A stretch of DNA of 64,000 nt from Auanema rhodensis (lineage: Eukaryota; Animalia; Nematoda), in the NCBI GenBank assembly GCA_964057225.1, contig OZ059897.1, positions 8,990,001 to 9,054,000 of the forward strand, read 5' to 3'. Below, piece by piece: positions 55,808 through 64,000 of this stretch. Each line of letters starts with the position of its first letter. Within the stretch, counting starts at the first letter, position 1. A program made the translations under genes and the position numbers. Below the pieces are notes generated by a model that saw only the letters and a list, made by a program, of their open reading frames with translations, did not search any database and was not told the origin of the DNA.

Positions 55808-58800
55808 ATATTTTGTATTTAAAACGTACACATACATAAGTGTATTTGTTTTCTCATATCCTTCCAGGGTTTTTGCCATATTTTACATTCCCACTTAATC
55901 AGAAAAAATATTTATATTTCAACGACGTTCACATATAGATCATTGTTGCTATAACCTTTTTTCTATATCATATCTTATACTCTGTCTGTTATTTCTTCTC
56001 TTTCATTCTTTCTTTCTTTCTTTCTCTCTTTCTCACTCTCTCGCTCTCGTCAATCGGGTAAATATTAGAATTTTTTTAAAAAAATATATTAGCCAATAAT
56101 TAAACACTATAACTATAACTTAATAACGAAAATCAGATCTCTTCCAATCAGAATTCTCTTTTTAAAATTATTTTTCTCCCGTTTCCTTTTCGTTTTTTTC
56201 TTCTTTGGATTGCTGATCTTCACTTAATGATAATTGCTAACACAGTTTTTATTGTGATTTGTAGTCCTATATATTCGTTAAGTACAGTGTACATATTGTG
56301 ATTGATAATACTCGGGTATAGATTTTGAGCTTATTAATAGATTTTAATATTTCTTTTTTTTTTTACTCTAATAGATAAATTATTTTCATATTTACAACTA
56401 GATTTTATGTTATTGTTACATTTACAAAAGACAGTTTGTTTTACATATTACATATAAAGTCATAATAAAGAAGAACTTACAAAAGAATTATAATCGTTTT
56501 TTAACACCCTACAATAGTTGATTGGATTCTCTAAAACTATATATAATACAAATACATCTGTAAAAAGCATAGTATATTCACAAAAATACTGTGTATCTCT
56601 TACTCCATCACTCCCTCACTCTCTTTATATATATATATTAGTGTGGATACATATATGTTTGTATAATATATAAATAAATAAACTGGTAAATACATAATTT
56701 GAGAAGATTAAGATGTATATGATACATATACAGACTTTGTTTTAGATATATAACCTTAATGAAATCATAAAACCAAAATTATCTAGTGAATTGAGAACAA
56801 TATGGTTCATTTAGCTGCTTCATCTCACTCTTTCGCCTACGGTTTTCCTCGTAATTTACGATCATTGTTTTGAAAAAAAAAATTTTTTCATTCAAACATT
56901 TTTGATATATATTGCTGTTCTTTTGGTACTTTGCCAACACAACAGTGTGTGAAACGCTTGAATGAAGTTATTATCCTCATTAGAATATGAGTGTGTATGC
57001 TAATGATATTTGATAATGTCCAAGTAACGTATGAAGGTATTCATTTTCGAGAACGCAAAGTTTAGAACTGGTTGAATTCTCGCAACTCATCGTCAACCTC
57101 CATATATTTGCTCTAAAAGATTTTATATTTGTTTTGAGGTATTTGTTTTTAAATGTTTGGTGCTTCAGTATTTTTTTAAAAGATTCTTCGCTTTTTTCCG
57201 CAATTTTTTCTTCTGTATTAATATGCCGAAGATGTCTATACTAAGGTATTGAAGAAAAGAAAGATTGACAACAAAAAAAAGTTTAAATTGAAATAGAAAA
57301 AAGAACACACGATATCTTAAAGGTAACTATTTCACACCATTTCTTTATCAAACAGTCATTGTAGTCTAGAGAGTCCTCTTTTGACTACGGCTGCGCAGCA
57401 TCACTCTTACTCCATTCAGAACTTAACGGGAAATTTAAATTTTGACATGACACGGCTATTTATTTTCAAGTTAGTTTTATTCTACATACATATATGATGT
57501 GCACGTTTTGCTGTTAGTGATAACTTTGAAAAACGAGAATTTCAAATTAGTTTTCGTGTTAGCTTCTACTAGAATACGATATTTTCTCCCCAGTTTGAAG
57601 ACCTGTTGCTACAGGTTCTATTGCAGTAGAGCAATAACTATATAACCTGTTATACCAATCATTTTCATTGTACTAGTTACATCATTTTCAATATATAAAG
57701 CAGTACATACTCTATCCTAATTAAGAGGCTCTGTAGTCTAAGTATGTTTTGTGGCACTGTGCAAATGCCTTGCTAATTTGGTCCAACTTAATGCTCAAAT
57801 ACGCCCAGGTACAATGAATCTAAAGAAAACTTGCAAGAAACCTATTGCTGGTTTGGGTCAGGCTGTATTGGAATGACATCATACTTGGTGATGTCATTTC
57901 AGCAAGAGTAGAAAGATGGGAAAGCATGACGTACACAAGAGAATCAGACAGCCCGAAATGAAATTAGAGAGCGTATTCAAACTGGAGAGTTACCTCTGCC
58001 TCTCTTACCTCTTTGTTATATTTCACTGCATGCGCACCGTCTCTCGCTCTATCTCTCTCCCCTTCTAAACACAATAATCCGCACTATTCACTCTTCTGTC
58101 TCCATTAAATCTACAGACCATTCCACTCGATCAATAGTTTAGCAAGGATTTTATTTGGAAGGCTTTTACTTGCTGATATAAATTCAAAAATGTGGTTCTT
58201 CATCAGGTCGGTCCATATTTTATAATCATTTTCTATTCACGTGTGCATGTAATCTTAGTACTAGTATTCAAATGTCATGGCTGCTTGATACTGCTTGATC
58301 ATGTCTAAAATAGCATTGATCACTGATCAAGCTGTGTTTAAACTATTGTGCTATTTAATTATATAGCTCAGTAACGCCTGTATATAATTTCTAACGTTTT
58401 CAAATGCTATTTTTGATAGCATTTAAAAATCTTGGTCTTCTGGTTCAATTTCTATCATTCTTCTTCACGTTTCTTTTTGCGCAATAGTGAAAAGGAAAGA
58501 AATGATCCCCTTTCCACTTTTATCTACCTGTCCTTGCTTCAGAAACTTCTTAGGTCTTTTCTTATAACGAGAATTTAATATTTTTAAAGATTCATTTATA
58601 GTATGAATATGTCTTGTGTTCCTAGCTTTTCTTATATTGATGCCTCAGTTAAGCTTTTTAACATTTGATAGCGTGGTTATGCAATTTTTGACGGACTAGA
58701 GCAAATCAAGAATGATACGATTTCGCAGCTAGCTCGAACACGGCAGTTTGTATAACGCTATTGTTCTTTTTTTTATTTTGTATTTAGCTCATTTCAGCTT

Positions 58801-61560
58801 GTTTTGAATTTCTATAGATTGATTTTCGCGATTGTTGACTCATCATTCCCAGCTGCATGTAATTCTGTTTTGATCATTTCTCTATATTGCTTATATCAGC
58901 AGTTTAGAATAGCAACATTGTATTATGAATTTAAAAAACACAAGGATCATAACACTAAGTTATGTTTTTCACTTTGACAATTAGTCTTCGCAGATGATGG
59001 GTCATTTTTGAGTACTGTAATTTGTAGTTCATGCAGCAACGATCAGTCAGTGCTTAACATTGATTCTTGGCTGTTTTTTTTACCTGAATTTTTAATGCTG
59101 GGTAGGACGTTGTTTTGCTTCTTGACTTCTATCAGCAGATTTGCTCTTTATTCTTGAGTAAATATTTAATATGAACTTTGAATAGATGGATGTGATAGTG
59201 TGTTTTTCCCACTCCAAAATATTGCAAGTTCTAGACTTGGAAGTGATATTTGGAATGATGGCTGAATTCGATTGCGAAGACATGAAAGAAAGACTTTGGG
59301 ATGGGGGGGGGGAGGGGATATTACATGTGATGATGAACAGGAACAGACCAGCCATTGAGCTTGATGATTATACGAATTGCTGAAATTTCTGTCCAACCCC
59401 GTCTGCATTTTATTGTAACTTAGCTTCACACTGATACGCTTCCATGCTACTCCGTTGTTGATCATTGAAAACCAAACATTTACCTTTTTGTACAACCTAT
59501 ATATATATCTGTCGAATATATTGCAATTCTTAAACACTTTGCTATTCCGATCAATATTTTAAAATTCTGTTTTTATTATATACAACTCTTTGTTTGAATA
59601 TTTGTTCAAAAAATGAAAATACTATTGAGCTAAGTAATATCATTCATGTCTTAATAGGTTGAGCGGGTTATAAACAAAAATAAAGCCTGACCACTTTGCG
59701 CTCTATTTTCTACGTCCATTTAATGAAGTAATATTCGTCTTACACGACTCTTTTTGTTTTTATGAAAGGAAAACAGAATATTAAGCCTGTTTTCTTGAAA
59801 ATACAAGGGTCTTCGCAGGAATTTAATAGAAAGCGAGATTTATAAGTTATAGATTTAAAGCAGCTTGCTTTATTATGTGTATAGATGTGATTTAAGAAGC
59901 GAGATTGAAGAAAACCATCTTCAACACTGCCAGATTACTCAAATGTCATTTCTTAAAAGTTTAGACAAATTTGTTTCAACAAACATAAATTATACTTCTG
60001 CAAATTCAACTCGATCATAGCTATAAAAAACAAGCCTTTCGACACCACCCAAGGTCCTACATATTTGTAACATCTCCGTCAATTACTTGCATTGGGATTG
60101 TCATGATTCTTTTTCTAATTTTGGGTTCATTTATCAATATTACTTATCAATTCACTAGTATTGTCGGGTTGAGTGTACGGTACGTATTTTACATAGTGAG
60201 CGTTCCAGTTTTGGGATTCCTTTACATGTATAACTTACCATCTTCTACCTTTTTGTCAGGTAGTAATCATATCTCTGTGACTGATGTGCGTGTACCCGAA
60301 GTTTCTAGTCAAACATTTGCTCAATGAAATACCAGGAGTTGAGCACAGAGTGAAGCTGACATCAATTCAAGATAAATATTCCTGAGTTGAAACCTTTGTA
60401 GTTTCGCCGTTCCGCGTTTCTTAACATTTTGGCAAAAGCATTCGTATATTTCCAACATTCTAGTTGTGCTCAAATGTTTTGGCTGATGAAATGTGTATCA
60501 CAATTTTGAATGACATCACTTCGTTTATAAAAATCGACAAAAAATTATCAGCAGCATTTAAAGCCTGGCATTGACATTTTGTACCAAAGTAGCTGATTCT
60601 CGTGCCATAGCTTACCTCACGTGAACATAAATCTGAAGTTTATGTGCATGTCATATTCTCTTACTTATATATTATTGCTTCACTGCTTTTTTCAGCACGA
60701 ATTCAAAGTTTACCTGATTTATTTTTATTCATTTATTCCTCTTGATTTCTTGAACCTGATTCATCATTGTCAACTTTAACTTTCTTATTTTTTTCCTTCT
60801 ATCACTCTTATTTCCTGCTCGCCCTTTTCTCTCTTCCTCTATCTCACGATCTCTCCTTTTCGTTCTACCTCTGACAATTTCTTTCTTGTCGTTTGAAGTC
60901 CGTTTCCCGTTTCCACATACTGACGTCATTTTATTGCGAAATAGCACAACGTGAGAAGAGAGTTGCCCTAACTGGCATCCATCCTCAGTTATTTTGGCTC
61001 TCCAGACCATGTATGATAGCCAGATGGTCTTATATGGTGAAACTGAGTTTCAACTATTCTCTTGTCTTACTACACCATCAAAACCATATTCAAATTCTGG
61101 TGTTTTTTCTTTTCATTCCTTGTCTAATTCAAACAATTTTCGCCCAGTTTTTCATAGAACAGTGCCCATGTTATTCACATGGATTCAGACGCACGTCATC
61201 GATAATCAACATTTGACCATTTAGGAATATTTTTATGTTTATTTATTTTTTTTCCTGTTTTTAATTATTGAATTATTCTATATTTTGGGGTTAAGAAGAG
61301 ATGACATTAAAAGTAATGCCCGTTATTTCTTTCTTCTCTACATTTGTTCGCTGTTACTCTCAATCGTGCAATTTCTATTCTTATCATGTTTAAATCAGGC
61401 AATATTATACTCGTATCTTCTTTCTTGTTCTCATTGTGATGACGTTCGTCTGGCTTCTCAAGCTGTTTAGAACATTTCATGACAATTTTATCTAATTAAC
61501 ATTAGGAATATGAATATAAATTTGATTACAATTCTCTTCATAAATTATTTTTTTCAGGGA

Positions 61561-61789
61561 ATGACAATTTGGTGTGAAGTAATGCACATCGCTGCTTCAG
61601 ATTTGTCCGTTGTTATTAGACAACATACTCAACTACTCGTAAGATCCTTTTCTCTTCCCCTTTAAACTTGAAACTTTTCAGTTAATTGTTGACTGTAGAG
61701 GCTTCGCAGAGTATAATCAGTCGCATATCAAAAATGCTGTTAATTGTTTTTTCGCCAAATTCATGAGGAAAAGGCTTTTGGAAAATAAG
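61561..61789 (+). CDS. vhp-1: First two coding exons of a dual-specificity MAPK phosphatase (rhodanese/KIM domain); the gene continues past the window
   Basis: Acceptor ttttcag|ggaATG. Exons 61561-61638 and 61682-61789 give MTIWCEVMHIAASDLSVVIRQHTQLL|LIVDCRGFAEYNQSHIKNAVNCFFAKFMRKRLLENK, containing the MKP CH2A motif DCR..EYN.SHI..AVN and the basic KIM. Not in the ORF track. Confidence 0.88.
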
Positions 61790-62592
61790 GTACGTTATTT
61801 AAAATTATAATTGTATCTATATGTTGCTCATATTCACCCTTCTATACTTAATTCCTAAAACTATTCTGGTTATTCTATTCGGAGTGCACACGTCAAGACT
61901 AGAGGGAAATTAAAATTTCGAACATTTTAATTTTAAATTTCACAAAATTAAAAAAAAATTTTATTTATTTTAAACTATGAATAGTTATTATTCCTATTAT
62001 TAATATGCAGTCTTTTTCTAGTATTTACTTCAGTTTTATGAAGTATTTGAGAAGAATTTGACATAATTTGAGTGATTAACCATATTGCGTGTTAAGAATG
62101 TGTGAGTTGTCATAAATGCGTTAAATAAGTTTTAAACATAAAATGAAACTGTGTGCTGATTCATCGTCCTATCGCTTCCTGATGCGACTAAAATTCGCGT
62201 GCATTTTCCTCGAATTTCACAAGATGTCCTATCATCACGTTGACAAATCTTGTTTAATAATGAAGTTTTACAATGATTCATTGATATAGCTTGTTTGATT
62301 AGTCCTTAATCAACTGTTTATTTGGAAGAAGGTCAAAAACAACATGTCATTCGTTGAGATATAGAATGATGTTAGAAACGGTCACAAAGCAGCTGAAATT
62401 CCTTTGACGCGAAAAAGAAAATGATTCATCCGAACTTTGATAAATTGAACTTAGCCTCTCTTCGCACATCACTGCTACCAATCACAAGCTCTCTAATGAT
62501 CAGTCTATATGGCTGTGTCATATTTCCCATAACATTTCACCCATTTCTATAACTGGACGGAAATAGTTTTCGAACGCTGTGGCCGATAATGA

Positions 62593-63331
62593 TGACGTCA
62601 TTACGGTTTTGCGTCTACAATCGACCGCTATGCTATCTTGACTTTGTAAAAATTGTCGTCAACGACCTTCGAAATGAAGCTGCTTGAGAAATTTGTTCTT
62701 GAGAAAAGGGGTTATATATATAAATATATATATGAATAATATAATGCGTTTTTCCAATAAGTTTTATATTGCGAGATTGAGAAACTCTTCATATTTTTCT
62801 GTATTTCTAAAAAAGAATTATACACACCATATAGTCCTATACCAGCTTTGAGTCATCCGCTTATTAAGAATTCTTTGAATGTATGAGTGCCGAGATATGC
62901 AAACTAACATCGTGACTCACTTAAATCATTGTCCCTCCTGTCATGACTAATCGTGGCTATGGGAGGAATAATGGGATAGTGAATCTTAATATTAGTTATA
63001 TTGTGAAATGTAGTGTTCCTATTCATACTTCATTCTCAGAATTTCTTGTTGATGATCTTGGTTGCCTAGCAAAATGATTCTGAGTCACCTTTATTACTAT
63101 ATTGCAAGTTAAATTTAATGTGTAGCCAATTTGTAATATTCTAATCACTTTCGGTGAATTTCTTCATACGTAACTCTTCATCACTCATTTCAACATAAAA
63201 TGAATATTAAACACGAATCGTTAGCGAATGTCACCTTCTTACGGATTCATTATTCACCTATTTGCTAGATTTCGTTATTTTGAGTTCAGATTCCCTTTGT
63301 GTCGCCTAACGAGTCACCATTCGATGACTCA
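62593..63331. promoter_or_regulatory. Intronic AP-1/CRE site cluster (putative enhancer)
   Basis: TGACGTCA at 62593; TGA(G/C)TCA at 62849, 62913, 63081 and 63325; variants TGACTAA at 62944 and CGAGTCA at 63310. Confidence 0.65.
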
Positions 63332-64000
63332 TAATACAGATTGTGCTTATAACAGTCAAGGCGGCGCGTCCTACAATCATATTCGATGATTGTTCATTCA
63401 ATCCAAGCTGTTACTTCGACCACAGTAGATCATATGAAGATCATGCTGTTCGGGTCATTACATTTTGTTATGATGCTTCCTGTGTGACATTCTTTTTATA
63501 GAATTGATACTGATGTTTTACTATGTGTATTCTCGTGACCCGATAATCCACATGCTGCTCTATCGCAGTAATTCGAAATTGAACTTTGTGCTTAATCATT
63601 TGAATGCTCTTTGTTTGTATGTGCTTATCTTGTACGGCATGTGCTTTCTATAGTAACACGAATATAAAATTAATTATATAAAATGCCATCGTTGAATTTT
63701 ATAATGATTAGCATACAGTTTTGCGACATTTTCTTTTGATATATATTGATATATATGTATTTTCTAAGACAAGTGACTAATAGGATGACTCGAACAATCA
63801 CCTAACGGGTTTCTCTACCCCCTCCCCATGTTGTAGTTCTTCTAATTCAACCGCTGTCGTCATCAACATCGTCGCCAACTGATCATCTTCGTCAGATGAA
63901 TCGGTTTCGTAGTATTTAAACTTTTCGTTCTCCCAACTCTAATATTTTCATTTGGATTAGTCGATTGGATATGAAATTGTTCCTTTTCAATATTTATTGA

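Noticed and set aside
58273-58333. TGTCATGG (miR-46/281 seed-like) next to a GCTTGATCA..TGATCAAGC inverted repeat
   Set aside because: The seed lies outside the stem, the rest does not match the family, and the stem is too short for a pre-miRNA.
60729-61010. Lys/Arg/Glu-rich - strand ORF
   Set aside because: Reverse complement of a CT-rich upstream tract; compositional artefact.

Overview
AT-rich, intron-dense genomic DNA from a rhabditid (clade V-like) nematode. Most introns are 40-60 nt, and trans-splice-type acceptors sit just before the start codons. Gene models were spliced and translated by eye, so exon edges are approximate. In order: (1) the 3' end of a GSP-3/4-type PP1 phosphatase; (2) a tight four-gene + strand cluster, probably an operon (mrps-22, ALG9, EXOSC10/crn-3, EXOSC5/crn-5); (3) a Kruppel-like factor; (4) a small orphan gene on the - strand with two in-frame alternative first exons, divergent from vig-1 (SERBP1); (5) a secreted protein resembling a single NPA/ABA-1 unit; (6) a serpentine chemoreceptor converging on a nuclear hormone receptor; (7) a UGT with an atypical sugar-binding signature; (8) about 13 kb with no recognisable coding exon, strongly pyrimidine-skewed and containing a GC-rich hairpin cluster near 47.1 kb; (9) a receptor guanylyl cyclase (gcy-12-like) with a long C-terminal tail; (10) the first two exons of the MAPK phosphatase vhp-1, which the ORF track misses, surrounded by a dense cluster of AP-1/CRE sites. 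I found no rRNA, tRNA, CRISPR array or transposase. The best leads are the hairpin cluster (candidate ncRNA or miRNA), the AP-1/CRE feedback module at vhp-1, the orphan gene and the divergent UGT. None of these can be confirmed as a new system from sequence alone.
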